Below are positions 36,561-47,211 of a stretch of 52,290 bases of DNA, piece by piece (positions within the stretch are counted from its first letter, which is position 1; each line of letters opens with the position of its first letter). This DNA comes from Chthonomonadaceae bacterium (GTDB taxonomy: Bacteria; Armatimonadota; Chthonomonadetes; Chthonomonadales; Chthonomonadaceae). The stretch is from contig DASRGZ010000188.1 in assembly GCA_035650735.1 (NCBI GenBank), forward strand, positions 1 through 52,290. Reading direction: 5' to 3'. The translations under genes were made by a program, and so were the position numbers. Below the pieces are notes generated by a model that did no database searches, was not told where the DNA came from, and saw only the letters and a list, made by a program, of their open reading frames with translations.

Positions 36561-36632
36561 TGCACGGGAAAGGGCCGAGCTATCCGCGCGACAGCAAAAG
36601 CGGGAGAGGAACAGAAGAGCGGGAGGGACGTG

Positions 36633-37385
36633 ATGGGTGAGTTTCGCTGGCCCCAGGGGAAGCGGGCCGCGGTGAGTTTAAGCTTTGACGATGCGCGTCC
36701 GTCGCAACTGGAGGTGGGGCTGCCGATCCTGAATGCCTATGGGGTGCGGGCCAGCTTTTATGTGACTATCTCGCAGATGGAGCGTCGCCTGCAAGATTGG
36801 CGGAGCGCGCTGGAGGCCGGGCACGAGATCGGCAACCACACGCTGTCGCATCCCTGTTCGGGTAATTTTCCCTGGTCGCGCGCCAATGCGCTGGAGGACT
36901 ATACGCTGGAGCGGATGGAGGCGGATCTGCTCCAGGCCACGGCGCAGATCACGCGGCTGGTGGGCAGGGCGCCGCAGACCTTCGCCTACCCTTGCGGCCA
37001 GAAGTTTGTCGGGCGGGGCCGGGAGGTGCAAAGCTACGTGGGCCTGATCGCAACGCACTTTATCGTGGGGCGCGGTTTCCGCGAGGAGGCCCCCAACGAT
37101 CCGACCTTCTGTGACCTGGCGCAGGCCGCCGGGGTGGATTTCGACGGCATGACGTGGGCGCAGTGCCAGGGCTGGCTGGAGCAGACCCGCCAGGTTGGGG
37201 GCTGGCTGCTTCTGGCCGGGCATGATGTGGGCGAGTCGGGCCGGCAGGTAGTGCGCACGGAGACGCTGGAGGCGTTATGCCGGTACTGCCAGGACCCGGC
37301 CAACGGCTTCTGGATAGATACGGTGGCCGAGATCGGAAGCTACATCCGGCAGGCGCAGACCGAAGGCTATCATCCAAAGCGATAA
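36633..37385 (+). CDS. Polysaccharide deacetylase (CE4) family protein
   Basis: SLSFDD, GHEIGNHTLSHP, FAYPCG, LAGH. Confidence 0.9.
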   Translation: MGEFRWPQGKRAAVSLSFDDARPSQLEVGLPILNAYGVRASFYVTISQMERRLQDWRSALEAGHEIGNHTLSHPCSGNFPWSRANALEDYTLERMEADLLQATAQITRLVGRAPQTFAYPCGQKFVGRGREVQSYVGLIATHFIVGRGFREEAPNDPTFCDLAQAAGVDFDGMTWAQCQGWLEQTRQVGGWLLLAGHDVGESGRQVVRTETLEALCRYCQDPANGFWIDTVAEIGSYIRQAQTEGYHPKR

Positions 37386-37477
37386 ATGCTCTCCGCTGAG
37401 AAACACGGGCAGCCTCTCCCGCGTCTAATCGGCGTGCGCACCGTGCCGTTAAGCTATACCAGAATAGGGATATTCGT

Positions 37478-37660
37478 ATGGCACAGGGGCAAAAACGATT
37501 ACAACCAACGGAGCTTCAAGACAGTCAGCAACGACACCATGAACCCGAACCGGGCACCTCAGAAGCGTTGACGCTGGCCCAGGCGGAGTTACGCGCACTC
37601 GCAGACGATGGCTTTGAGCCTGACGAACTCGATTGTCTGCTTGCCGAAGTCGAGGAGTAA
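37478..37660 (+). CDS. Small acidic hypothetical protein
   Basis: ORF fills the gap up to the convergent gene; weak RBS. Confidence 0.35.
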   Translation: MAQGQKRLQPTELQDSQQRHHEPEPGTSEALTLAQAELRALADDGFEPDELDCLLAEVEE

Positions 37661-37792
37661 ACTGCGGACGGCGTGTCCCTTAATGAGGCTGCTTGACCGG
37701 GATTTCATGCCGCCTATCGCGCCTGGCGACCGCAGTCCACTCCTTTAGGGCCGGACGGAGTTCCCTGAATGGGACGAGAACTTTGCGGCTCT

Positions 37793-39325
37793 CTACCGTA
37801 TCTTGCGGAGCATCTTTGTGCCGGTGGTCGAGGTTGTCGTCACATAGAGGTTGTTCTGCGTGCCGTTGGTGGCTCCATTGGTGCCGATGGCCACGCCGGC
37901 CCCGATGATGTAAGTTATGCCGCCTGGGTGGGTGTATGTGGAGTTCACCGGATCGGTGACGTTCCATGTCGTAGCGGCGCTGCCATCAATGGGAAACCGC
38001 TGCACGTAGCCGACATTGTTGCTGGTGGAGGCGACCCAGACCGCAGCATCGTTTGCATCGAGGGCAGGCAGTTGGCCGCCCGTTCCGATGAGCGTGCGCG
38101 TGGCCGGCGTCCAGGGCAGGGAGCCATCGGAAATCCTGCGCTTGACCAGCGTCCGTCCATCTGCCATCACATAGTAGACGCCCTGGTTCGGGGCGGCTAC
38201 CGCGTCAATAGCAATGGAGTAGGGAGTTGGCGAGGCTGGATTTCTCACATCATAGACCGATGGCGGCGTATTCACATTCGTGGGAATGGCCGGCCAGAGG
38301 ATGCTAGCCGTTGCGGTCGGAACGCTAATGGAAAGACACGCCGTCCCATAGTAATCCGTATCAATGAGATTGGTCCAGTGCCATGGGATGAGGAGCTTGG
38401 TGCCATCAGGAGATAGGGAGGGTGCCCCATTAGGAAGATATTCGGGCTGCTGGCCGTGCTGCCCATCGCCCGCCGGGAAGTCGAAGGTTCCCACCGGAGC
38501 TGCAGCGTTTCCATCGTCCCGGAGCACCAGAACGCGGATGGTTAACTGGGTGCTTCCACTGCCTGCCGCAACCTGGGCCCGCCCGACTAAAACCAGGTAG
38601 GTCGTCGTGCCGGAGACATACAGTATCGGCTGCTCCAATAAGGCAGGATAAGGAGTGGAATAGCTCCATTTGGTAATCCCGACGTTGCTGCCATTGTTCT
38701 TGAATGCCCAGACTACTGCGCTACCCGAAATGTTATGCGCATCAATGCAGTAGACCGTATTATATGGCCCGTCCGGCCCGACTACCGGCGCGCCGGATAT
38801 GGTCGGGACATTTGCCGGGGTGTTAGTGTGCTTCACACTCCAGAGCTCCTGATAATTCTTGCCGGGCATTTTGGTGGGATTTAGCTTCAGAGCAACTAAG
38901 CTATTAGTCCCGCCTGAGTTGGTATCGCCACAGGTGACGTAAGCTACATCCACGCCATTTTCGTTGCTTATAGTGGGCGGATAGGGGGTCGGAGTACCGT
39001 ATGTACTAGAAAATAAGGTTCCGGAGGTATCCCACAACTTCGTTCCGAGGTCATAGGAATACCCGCCGACGGTCCCGCCGGACACAACGACCTGCCCATT
39101 GGTCGTGCCGCCGGCAGCGGCCACGCTCGGAACGCTGTTTCCGACTGTCGCCGCAGAGGTAACCGTGCCTGTCGTCGGTGGTCCACCGTTCGGGCTTCTG
39201 CCGTTGCTATAGTTGTTGCCCATGAAACGCAGCCAGGGGATCTGCGCCCGTCCCGGACTCTGGACAGATGCAACGGCTACTCCCACCAATACGATGGTTG
39301 TGAGACGCGCGAGTTGCAACTTCAT
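37793..39325 (-). CDS. Secreted beta-propeller (PQQ-like repeat) protein
   Basis: AAAGGAGG RBS, signal peptide, WLRFMGN start, repeated LW/KW blade motifs, T/G/S/N rich. Confidence 0.7.
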   Translation of the reverse strand: MKLQLARLTTIVLVGVAVASVQSPGRAQIPWLRFMGNNYSNGRSPNGGPPTTGTVTSAATVGNSVPSVAAAGGTTNGQVVVSGGTVGGYSYDLGTKLWDTSGTLFSSTYGTPTPYPPTISNENGVDVAYVTCGDTNSGGTNSLVALKLNPTKMPGKNYQELWSVKHTNTPANVPTISGAPVVGPDGPYNTVYCIDAHNISGSAVVWAFKNNGSNVGITKWSYSTPYPALLEQPILYVSGTTTYLVLVGRAQVAAGSGSTQLTIRVLVLRDDGNAAAPVGTFDFPAGDGQHGQQPEYLPNGAPSLSPDGTKLLIPWHWTNLIDTDYYGTACLSISVPTATASILWPAIPTNVNTPPSVYDVRNPASPTPYSIAIDAVAAPNQGVYYVMADGRTLVKRRISDGSLPWTPATRTLIGTGGQLPALDANDAAVWVASTSNNVGYVQRFPIDGSAATTWNVTDPVNSTYTHPGGITYIIGAGVAIGTNGATNGTQNNLYVTTTSTTGTKMLRKIR

Positions 39326-39568
39326 TGTCTTTTCCTCCTTTGAATGGCCTCAACAGAGTGATGATGGGCAGACCTGCTGATTGCTTCCCTTCGAGCAATC
39401 AGGCCAACATGTCAGGATGCAAGGGCAACTATCGTACTATTCGACCGGTCAACACATTTTCCTATCCCTGGCAGGGAAATTTGAAAACATTTGGACACGC
39501 TTTTTCGTCTAAGCGATGAGGCAGCTAAATACGCCGTTCGCTTTTCCCACTTTTTCACGCAAAGGCTG

Positions 39569-39598
39569 TTGACATAGAGCCGAAAATCACGTTACAAT
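39569..39598 (+). promoter_or_regulatory. Sigma70-type promoter
   Basis: TTGACA-N18-TACAAT. Confidence 0.6.
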
Positions 39599-39651
39599 GG
39601 AATTATGGCGTGGAATGTGCCTGCTATCTTACAGATAAGGGGGTGAGGCAT

Positions 39652-39846
39652 TTGAAGCAACAGGTCAGTCCGGGGGTGGTTGCCGTAGTAATCATCGTGG
39701 CAGTAATTATTGCCGGGTTCTTCATCTGGCGCGGCATGAAAGGTGATGTGGGCAGCAAACCACCCGGCGCAGTCGGGAACCCGAGTCCCTTCGCACCGGG
39801 CGGAGCTGCTCTGGGCAAGCAGGGCGCTGCCCGACCGGGGCGCTAA
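39652..39846 (+). CDS. Small single-TM protein with Pro/Gly-rich tail
   Basis: GGGGTGAGG RBS, TTG start; MKQQVSPGVVAVVIIVAVIIAGFFIW. Confidence 0.7.
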   Translation: MKQQVSPGVVAVVIIVAVIIAGFFIWRGMKGDVGSKPPGAVGNPSPFAPGGAALGKQGAARPGR

Positions 39847-40093
39847 GGTCGCGCTCGGAAAGTCCCGGCTATAGCGACGCGGCGAACGCGCGCTATCCGC
39901 CAGCGTGTCCCTGTTATCCTCGCCTGTTGCATCCGCATCTTGGTTTGCATAGGGCATCTTCAACGGCGGTATCAGGAAGTCTCCCTTACGCAGTCAGCGT
40001 TTTGCTTCTGCCTACTTAGCCTGGCGCAAGGCAACGCAGTCTCGCGTTAGGTCCGTTCGTGTGTCCTAATCTACCTTCATAGAGGAGAGTGCC

Positions 40094-40984
40094 ATGTTTC
40101 TTATGCAGCCAACCCCTACGGCTCGGGGACGCCGTAGGGCGTTCACTCTGATAGAATTGCTCGTCGTCATCGCCATTATCGCGATTCTGGCTGCCATTCT
40201 GTTCCCGGTCTTTGCCAGGGCGCGAGCGCAGGCGCGCAAGGTCGTCGGTATCAGCAACCTCAAGCAGTTGGGCCTGGGCACCATGATGTACGTCCAGGAC
40301 TACGACGAGAAATTCCCTTACTACAACTGGGGGTGCATGTCCTGCAACGAATCGGGCAACGGCACCTGCACTGACCCCGGCCCGGGTCATCTGAGCGGCG
40401 ACGACCCGCGTTTTGCGTCCTACAGCGCCGCCGCCTGGTGCAACTCCGTTCAGCCTTACGTCAAGAACCTGGGCATCTTCCAGGATCCGAGCGACAAGCA
40501 CCAGTGGCAGCCAGGCTACTGCATCAACTTCCCGCAGTCCATCTTCCAGCCGGGCGCCAAGTCCTGGCTGAAGTCTACCTACGTCAGCTACGGCTGGAAC
40601 GAGAATGCCTCCGGCCAGCCTCTGGCAGCCTATCAAAACCCGGCCAACGATCTGCTGTGGTCGGACTATATCGGCGTCCTGGTAGATACCTGGAGCCTGT
40701 TCCAGGGCGTTACTGCCAACCCACCCTGGGTCGGCGATGTCTACGTGCGCCGTGCCATCTTCAACGACAACGACTGGGAGAATCCCGATCCGCGCGACCA
40801 CAGCGTTCCGTGGTCGCAGCAGCTCTATGACTCCCATGTCCGTGGCATCCGCCATGAGAATGGGGTGAATACCACGCTGATGGATGGCCATGCTAAATTC
40901 CTGCCATCGCGGACCCTACGCGAAGTCGGGCCGGATAATGGGCAGGTCATCCCAGGCGCAGGCAGCATTACCCCGCCCAACTAA
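40094..40984 (+). CDS. Prepilin-type N-terminal cleavage/methylation protein with H-X9-DG C-terminal motif (DUF1559-like)
   Basis: AFTLIELLVVIAIIAILAAILFPVFARAR; SNLKQLG...YVQDYDE; HENGVNTTLMDGHAK. Confidence 0.92.
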   Translation: MFLMQPTPTARGRRRAFTLIELLVVIAIIAILAAILFPVFARARAQARKVVGISNLKQLGLGTMMYVQDYDEKFPYYNWGCMSCNESGNGTCTDPGPGHLSGDDPRFASYSAAAWCNSVQPYVKNLGIFQDPSDKHQWQPGYCINFPQSIFQPGAKSWLKSTYVSYGWNENASGQPLAAYQNPANDLLWSDYIGVLVDTWSLFQGVTANPPWVGDVYVRRAIFNDNDWENPDPRDHSVPWSQQLYDSHVRGIRHENGVNTTLMDGHAKFLPSRTLREVGPDNGQVIPGAGSITPPN

Positions 40985-41072
40985 ACGCACCATCTCCTCG
41001 GTGGCGGCATGGAGGGCGCGGATGGCGCCTCCTCTGCCGCCACCGATTGTCTATCGTCTGCTGAAAGTATCC

Positions 41073-42512
41073 ATGTCTGAACTGACGCCGGTGCCTGTTC
41101 TTTCTCCCGATCCACACGCGCTCTCCCGTCAGCGGATGGCGCGATTGCGCCTCTTATTGGCGGTCGGCGCGGCGCTCATCGTAGGCGCGCTGGCCTATCT
41201 CCGCTACGATTCGTCCCATGCTGCGCCGGCGACGGTGCGTCAGGCCTCCATCACGCCAGGCCCCTCCGCTCCGCCCTCCAGCGCGGCGATGTCCCTGCCG
41301 TCTGTCGTTCCCACGCCGCCGCTAGCCTCTCCGGCCCGGCCCGGTTCAACGCCCGCCGCCTCGGACCCGCTGACAGCCCTGCTGGCTCCCTCGACTCCCC
41401 AGGCGCCTGCCGCTCCCAGCCAGAAGACGATTGCGCAGCTCCGGAAGCGCGTGCTCCATCATCCCGAAGACACACGCGCTCACATCCAACTGGTAGCGCT
41501 GCTGGACGCGCAGGGTGATGCCGGCGGCGCCGAGGATGTCATCCGCGCGGCGCTACAGCGCGGGCGGCGTGACCCACAGCTTTATCATACGCTGGGCCTG
41601 CTCTATATGCACCACAAGCAGTATGGTCCTGCTACCGATGCCTTCAAGATCGAAACGGTGCTTGCGCCCAGCAACTTCGAGGCCTTTTTTAAGCTGGCGC
41701 TTGCCGCGTCGCTGTCCGGCAACGTCAAGGAGGCCCGCCGCGGATTCGAAAGAGCGGCAGCGCTGAACCCTAAAAATCCCGACGTCTACATGGGATTGGC
41801 ATTTCTCAACAACACCTCCGAACGCTATCAGTACGCGGAGCGCTATTTACAACGGTATATTCAAACCTCACCGAATCCCGGCCCTGGCTATATGCTGCTG
41901 AGCCGTGTCTATCTGAGTATGCGCCTCTATGATAAGGCGATTGAGGCCGGCAAAACGGGGGTCACCATTATGCCGGAAGAGGCCAACATGTGGTACAATC
42001 TCGGCCAGGCTTACTCGTACCGTCCGGATACGCGATATCTCACCGAGGCCGCGCAGGCGTTTGAGCGTGCCGTGCAGATATCGCCCAACTGGGGCAAGGC
42101 GCGCTTTGAACTGGGCCGCATCTATATGCGCCTGAACCGCATCCCGGAGGCGATTGCCCAGTACCGGGAGGCCGTGCGGAGCGAGCCGCTCTCCGGCCGA
42201 AATCACTACCAGCTGGCCCAGCTCTTGATGCGCCAGGGACAGATGGAAGAGGGCAAGCGCGAGATGGCGGAAGCCCAGCGGCTGATTCCCCTCAATCAGC
42301 GCGAGGATCACCTGCAGGACAAGATCTCAGTCGTGCAGAACGATCCGCGCAGCTACTTTGAGCTGGCCCAGGTCTATAAAGCCTACGGGCAGTACGACAT
42401 GGCGCAGCAGTGGCTTGACGTAGCGCTGCGGCTCTCCCCAAATTACCCACAGGCTCGCGCGCTGGAGGCCGAGATTCGCCAGTTGGTGGCCCGGGGTCCC
42501 TCCAGGCCCTAG
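41073..42512 (+). CDS. Membrane-anchored TPR protein
   Basis: N-terminal TM helix, Pro-rich linker, multiple TPRs. Confidence 0.88.
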   Translation: MSELTPVPVLSPDPHALSRQRMARLRLLLAVGAALIVGALAYLRYDSSHAAPATVRQASITPGPSAPPSSAAMSLPSVVPTPPLASPARPGSTPAASDPLTALLAPSTPQAPAAPSQKTIAQLRKRVLHHPEDTRAHIQLVALLDAQGDAGGAEDVIRAALQRGRRDPQLYHTLGLLYMHHKQYGPATDAFKIETVLAPSNFEAFFKLALAASLSGNVKEARRGFERAAALNPKNPDVYMGLAFLNNTSERYQYAERYLQRYIQTSPNPGPGYMLLSRVYLSMRLYDKAIEAGKTGVTIMPEEANMWYNLGQAYSYRPDTRYLTEAAQAFERAVQISPNWGKARFELGRIYMRLNRIPEAIAQYREAVRSEPLSGRNHYQLAQLLMRQGQMEEGKREMAEAQRLIPLNQREDHLQDKISVVQNDPRSYFELAQVYKAYGQYDMAQQWLDVALRLSPNYPQARALEAEIRQLVARGPSRP

Positions 42513-42517
42513 TTACT

Positions 42518-43936
42518 ATGAGCATTCTTATGCGCTGGCTTCCTCCACTATGGGTTCCATCGCGTCTCGTCCGGGCTGCGCTCGCGGTCGCGGCCCTTGT
42601 GCCCGCCGTCGGGTTGGGCTGCGGCTCCCGGCAGACCGCGCCAGCAACGGCGCTTCCGGCGCAGGCGGCTGCCGTAACGGTTCCCCCTGCCCCTACCCTG
42701 ACAGCCGACCAAGTGCGCGCGGCGCTGATCCAGGCCGTCCAATCCGTGCCGGACGATCCGCAGGGCTGGCTAGAGTTGGGGATGTTTTATCGCAACACCG
42801 GCGACCTGCCCGCCGCCGAACGCGTTCTGCGCGCTTGCTGGCAGCGGTTTCCCCGCTTTGCCCGCGCGCCCTATCAACTGGGCGTGCTCTACCTGACGAC
42901 CGGACGCGAGGGGGACTCGGTCGCGCCGCTGCGGGCCGCCGCAGCCCTCGCCCCCAAAGACGCCCTGATCCAGGTCAATGCGGGCCTGGCCTGCTTCCAC
43001 CTCGGCCAGGAGGGGCCGGCGCTGCGCTACACGCAGCAGGCCATCGCGGCGGATCGCCAGCGACCCGATGCCTACATGCTGCTGGCCCGTCTCTACGACC
43101 ATCACGGCACCGCCAATCTGGCCCTGGCGAACCTGCAGAAGTACCTGGAGCGCAGTCCCAACCCCGCGCCCGGCTATTATCTCATGGGCCGCATCTACGC
43201 CCGCCAGGCCAATCGAGAGCAGGCCGAAATCTGGCTGCAGCGTGCCGTCGAGGCGGACCCGAACAACGCCGAGTTCTGGGTTACGCTGGGCCGCGTCTAT
43301 TACGAGACGGACAATTCGGCGCACGCAGCGGACGGCATCCGCTGCTACCAGAAGGCGCTGGAGCTGGACCCGAACGCCTGGGACGCGCATATGTATCTGG
43401 GCCGCGCGCTGGCCGGGCAGCGTAAGTGGGAGGAGGCGATCACTCATTTCCAGGCCGCCCTGCGCAACTCTCCCGATCCGGGGCAAATTTACTACGATCT
43501 GGGCCAGGCGCTGATGAAGGTCGGCCGCGTGGAGGAAGGTCAGAAGGTCTTATCCAAATATCAGGCGTATCGCGAGTATACCAACGGCGCCGCCAAGCTG
43601 CAGAGCGCGGTGGAGGCCGCGCCCCGGGACCGCGCCCGCCGCTACGCGCTGGCGCGCTTTTGCCTGAAGTATCGGCAGTACACGGCGGCGCTGGCAGCGC
43701 TGCGCGAAACGGAGCAGAAGCTGGGAACGGATGCGACCCTGCGCCAGTTGAAGACGGAGGCAGAGGCAGGCTATGCCAGCGCCCGCGCCTCCCTTCCACA
43801 GCCGCCGCCATCGGGCGCCGCCGTTCCTGGCGTGCCGCTGCCCGGATTAGCTTCCGGCACGGGCTCCTCCCCGCTTCCCGCGCCCGCCCCGACCGCAGCC
43901 GCGCCCCTGCCAGGAGGCTCCGACAATGGCCGCTGA
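42518..43936 (+). CDS. TPR protein, probable lipoprotein
   Basis: GLGC lipobox-like motif; many TPRs; Pro-rich tail. Confidence 0.85.
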   Translation: MSILMRWLPPLWVPSRLVRAALAVAALVPAVGLGCGSRQTAPATALPAQAAAVTVPPAPTLTADQVRAALIQAVQSVPDDPQGWLELGMFYRNTGDLPAAERVLRACWQRFPRFARAPYQLGVLYLTTGREGDSVAPLRAAAALAPKDALIQVNAGLACFHLGQEGPALRYTQQAIAADRQRPDAYMLLARLYDHHGTANLALANLQKYLERSPNPAPGYYLMGRIYARQANREQAEIWLQRAVEADPNNAEFWVTLGRVYYETDNSAHAADGIRCYQKALELDPNAWDAHMYLGRALAGQRKWEEAITHFQAALRNSPDPGQIYYDLGQALMKVGRVEEGQKVLSKYQAYREYTNGAAKLQSAVEAAPRDRARRYALARFCLKYRQYTAALAALRETEQKLGTDATLRQLKTEAEAGYASARASLPQPPPSGAAVPGVPLPGLASGTGSSPLPAPAPTAAAPLPGGSDNGR

Positions 43937-45074
43937 GGTTCCGCACCCGCTGCGCGCCCGCGCCCGCACGCGGCTCTACTGGCTAATCGGCGCGCTGGGC
44001 GTGGTGCTGGCCGTCTATCTGTGCCTGCCGAAGTCCTGGTTCGAGGTTCCCGACACGAACAGGCCCTCTGTCGCTGCGCCGACGCCCGCTGCCGCGCCGC
44101 TGGCCTCCCCGCCTCCAGACCAATCGCTGGAGGCGCTACGCGAGGCTGCCGCCAAGAGCCCGCTTGACTTCGGCGCGCGTTCTCGCTACGGCATGGCGCT
44201 GGCAGCCGCCGGGCGCGGCCCGGCGGCGCTGGCGGAGTTTCGCGCGGCGGCGCGGCTGGCCCCCGAGGCGCCGGGCGTATATCATAACCTGGGCGTCTAC
44301 TATCTGAACGCCGGCCAATTGGACCTGGCCGATGCGGCGTTTTGCCGCCAATTGGAGACCGCACCCGGCGACGGGCGCGCTCACTACTTCCGGGGAGTAA
44401 TCCTTGCGAAGCGGCTGCAGAACGCGCGGGCCATCGCCCAGTTCCGGCTGGCCATTGCGCTGATGCCCAACTTCCCGGATCCCTACCTCGCGCTGGCGAT
44501 GCTGCTGACCCGCCAACAGCCGGAGGAGACGCGCCGACTCGTAGATCGCTACATCCAGCTCACCGGCAACAAGGCGCTGGCCTACTACGTCCTGAGCGGG
44601 GCCTACAAGACCCGGGGCCAGTATGCGGAGGCGGCGCGCTACGCCGAGATGACGGTGCAGTTGGAGCCCAATAACTACGGCTACTGGCACAACCTGGGGC
44701 AGATCTATTCCTATGCCCGCCGCACCGACGACGCCGAGCGCGCGCTGCAAAAGGCGCTCTCGCTGGCAAAAGATCCGACGACGGTACTGATCGAGTTGGG
44801 CATGAACGCCCAGAACGCGGGCCGGTTCCCCCAGGCGGTGGACTATCTCCAGAAGGCGCTGGCGGCCAGCCCACAGACTGGCAACGTTCATCTCTACCTG
44901 GCGCGTATCTATCCCCGTATGGGCGATCAGGCTGCCGCGCAGCGCGAAGAGAAGCTTTTCCGGGCCTGGCAGCGGGAGCAGCTTGCCCGTCAGCTCGCCC
45001 ACCAGCTTGCCCGCCAGTCCAGACACGGCGCCGTTCCGGCTGCCATCCATCCGGGGCAGAGTGGGCCAGAATGA
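43926..45074 (+). CDS. Membrane-anchored TPR protein
   Basis: TM helix then TPRs; overlaps the previous gene. Confidence 0.88.
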   Translation: MAAEVPHPLRARARTRLYWLIGALGVVLAVYLCLPKSWFEVPDTNRPSVAAPTPAAAPLASPPPDQSLEALREAAAKSPLDFGARSRYGMALAAAGRGPAALAEFRAAARLAPEAPGVYHNLGVYYLNAGQLDLADAAFCRQLETAPGDGRAHYFRGVILAKRLQNARAIAQFRLAIALMPNFPDPYLALAMLLTRQQPEETRRLVDRYIQLTGNKALAYYVLSGAYKTRGQYAEAARYAEMTVQLEPNNYGYWHNLGQIYSYARRTDDAERALQKALSLAKDPTTVLIELGMNAQNAGRFPQAVDYLQKALAASPQTGNVHLYLARIYPRMGDQAAAQREEKLFRAWQREQLARQLAHQLARQSRHGAVPAAIHPGQSGPE

Positions 45075-45251
45075 CCCGTCCGATTAGCACCCAGCCGGGC
45101 AATAAATTACCCGCCTGTGTGGCCTGCGGCCAACCGTCCTCGCGGACGGAGCCTCTGGTTAGAGGCGCGTCCGCCAGGACGCCTGGCGGCGTAGCCGCCC
45201 ACGAGACGGGTCATTCATGGCCCGGCCTGCCCGTATAGATAAATAACCTAT

Positions 45252-47030
45252 ATGAAACAAGGTCTCTTCTCTTACATTCGCCCTTCTCTGCAAGGGCTTC
45301 CTATCCTGGCCCTCGCGGCCCTGCTGGCGCTGGCTCTGCTGGCCGGCTGTAAGGGGCAGCCCGAATCGGGGCCGAAACACGTCGTGCCGGCGGGTGGAGT
45401 GCAGCCGGCAGCTTCCGTTCTGCCTGCCACCCCGGATTCCGTTAAGTTTACGGATATTACCGAGCAGGCCGGCATCCACTGGACGCACTTCAGCGGCGCG
45501 CGTGGCAAGAAATATATGCCGGAGGTCGAAACGCCCGGCTGCGCCTTCATTGACTACGACGGCGACGGCAAGCCCGATATCCTGCTCCTCAACGGCGCCG
45601 ATTGGCCGGAGGTCACCTCCGGGCGCAAGCAGAGCCGCTGCGCCCTCTACCATAACGACGGCAACGGCCACTTCACCGACGTGACCAAAGGCTCCGGTCT
45701 GGGCGGCGAGATGCACACGATGGGCGTGGCCGTCGGCGACTACGACAACGACGGGCGCGACGACCTCTATATCACCTGCGTCCTTGGCCCCAGCCATCTG
45801 TTCCACAACGACGGCAACGGCCACTTCACCGATGTCACCAGGCAGGCCGGCGTGGATGATGGAGGCAAATGGGGCTCCAGCGCCGCCTGGGTGGACTACG
45901 ACCGGGACGGCAGGCTCGATCTTGTCGTGGGCAACTACTGCAAGTGGACGCCGAAGACGGACGTGCGCTGCTCGGTCTACAAGGGCCTGAAATCCTACTG
46001 CACGCCCAACGTCTACGATGGCGACTCCGTGCGCCTCTATCATAATGAGGGCAACGGGCGCTTTAAGGATGTCAGCCAGCAGGCCGGATTGGTCTACAAG
46101 CCCGGCAAGACCTGGGGCATCGCCATCCTCGACTACGACGACGACGGCTGGCCGGATATCGCCCTCGCCAACGACATGGAGCCCAACTGCCTGTTCCACA
46201 ACGAGCGCAACGGCACGTTCAAAGAGGTCGCCCTGGTCGCCGGCGTGGCGCTGGGGGAGAACGGCACGGCGAAGGCAGGTATGGGCATTGATGCGGCGGA
46301 CATAGATGGCAGCGGCCGCCCGAGCATCCTCACCAGCAACTTCAGCGGGGAGGGGCTGTCGCTGTTCCAGAACCTGGGCGGCGGGCAGTTTATGGAGGCG
46401 TCGCACGCCTGGCAGATGGGCGACGTCAGCCTGCTCAAGATGGGCTGGGGCCTGTTCTTCTTCGACTACGACCTGGATGGCCGCCTGGATGCCCTGGTCG
46501 TCAACGGCCACCTGTACGATAACGTCCACGAGTTTCAGCCGGACGTGACCTACAAAGAGCCGCCGCTGCTGTTCCATAACGAGGGCACGACGTTCCGCGA
46601 GGTCGCCGCCAGCCACGGGGCCGATTTAGTCAAGCCGATGGTGGCGCGCGGCACCGCCTACGCCGACATAGACGGCGACGGCGACCTGGATGTGCTGATC
46701 ATGCAGTTGGACGGCAAGCCGCGCCTGCTCCGCAATGACGGCGGCAACGCCAACCACTGGCTGCGCGTGCGCACGGTCGGCACGAGGAGCAACCGGGACG
46801 GCATCGGGGCGAAGGTGGTCGCGGAGGGCGGCGGCAGCCGGCAGGTCCGCTGGGTCAAGAGCGGCTCCAGCTTCCTCTCCGCTCCTGAATTGACGCTGAC
46901 GTTCGGGCTGGGGCAGTCCAGCTTCGTGGATAAGCTGACCATCACCTGGCCGTCCGGGCAGGTAGATACCTACACCCACGTGCCCGCCAACCAGACCTTG
47001 ATCGCGACCGAGGGCGCGACGCACAGTTAG
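45252..47030 (+). CDS. CRTAC1-family FG-GAP beta-propeller with ASPIC/UnbV domain, lipoprotein
   Basis: LAGC lipobox; repeated DYDxDGxxD; SNRDGIGA...GSSFLS...FGLG...WPSG. Confidence 0.92.
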   Translation: MKQGLFSYIRPSLQGLPILALAALLALALLAGCKGQPESGPKHVVPAGGVQPAASVLPATPDSVKFTDITEQAGIHWTHFSGARGKKYMPEVETPGCAFIDYDGDGKPDILLLNGADWPEVTSGRKQSRCALYHNDGNGHFTDVTKGSGLGGEMHTMGVAVGDYDNDGRDDLYITCVLGPSHLFHNDGNGHFTDVTRQAGVDDGGKWGSSAAWVDYDRDGRLDLVVGNYCKWTPKTDVRCSVYKGLKSYCTPNVYDGDSVRLYHNEGNGRFKDVSQQAGLVYKPGKTWGIAILDYDDDGWPDIALANDMEPNCLFHNERNGTFKEVALVAGVALGENGTAKAGMGIDAADIDGSGRPSILTSNFSGEGLSLFQNLGGGQFMEASHAWQMGDVSLLKMGWGLFFFDYDLDGRLDALVVNGHLYDNVHEFQPDVTYKEPPLLFHNEGTTFREVAASHGADLVKPMVARGTAYADIDGDGDLDVLIMQLDGKPRLLRNDGGNANHWLRVRTVGTRSNRDGIGAKVVAEGGGSRQVRWVKSGSSFLSAPELTLTFGLGQSSFVDKLTITWPSGQVDTYTHVPANQTLIATEGATHS

Positions 47031-47049
47031 AATGTCTACGGTACTTTCT

Positions 47050-47175
47050 GGCAGCCACCTCTAAAGAGGTGGGCTGCGGACGGCAAGCCCCCTGAAGGGG
47101 GCTAACCCACCCCTGGTAGCCCGCTTGAGCGGGCTTGCCGCCCACAGCCCGGTCCTTTAGGGCCGGGCAGAGCCA
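47050..47175 (-). repeat. REP/REPIN-like composite palindrome, copy 2
   Basis: Reverse complement matches 23316-23480 apart from a ~40-nt internal segment and some substitutions. Confidence 0.75.
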
Positions 47176-47211
47176 GGTTCCGTAGCTCCTCTTAGGAGCG
47201 TATCTTCCGAC

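Noticed and set aside
23547..46616. Long antisense or alternate-frame ORFs (e.g. 23547-25061, 26717-28168, 45159-46616)
   Set aside because: They shadow well-supported genes, as expected in GC-rich DNA, and carry no motifs.
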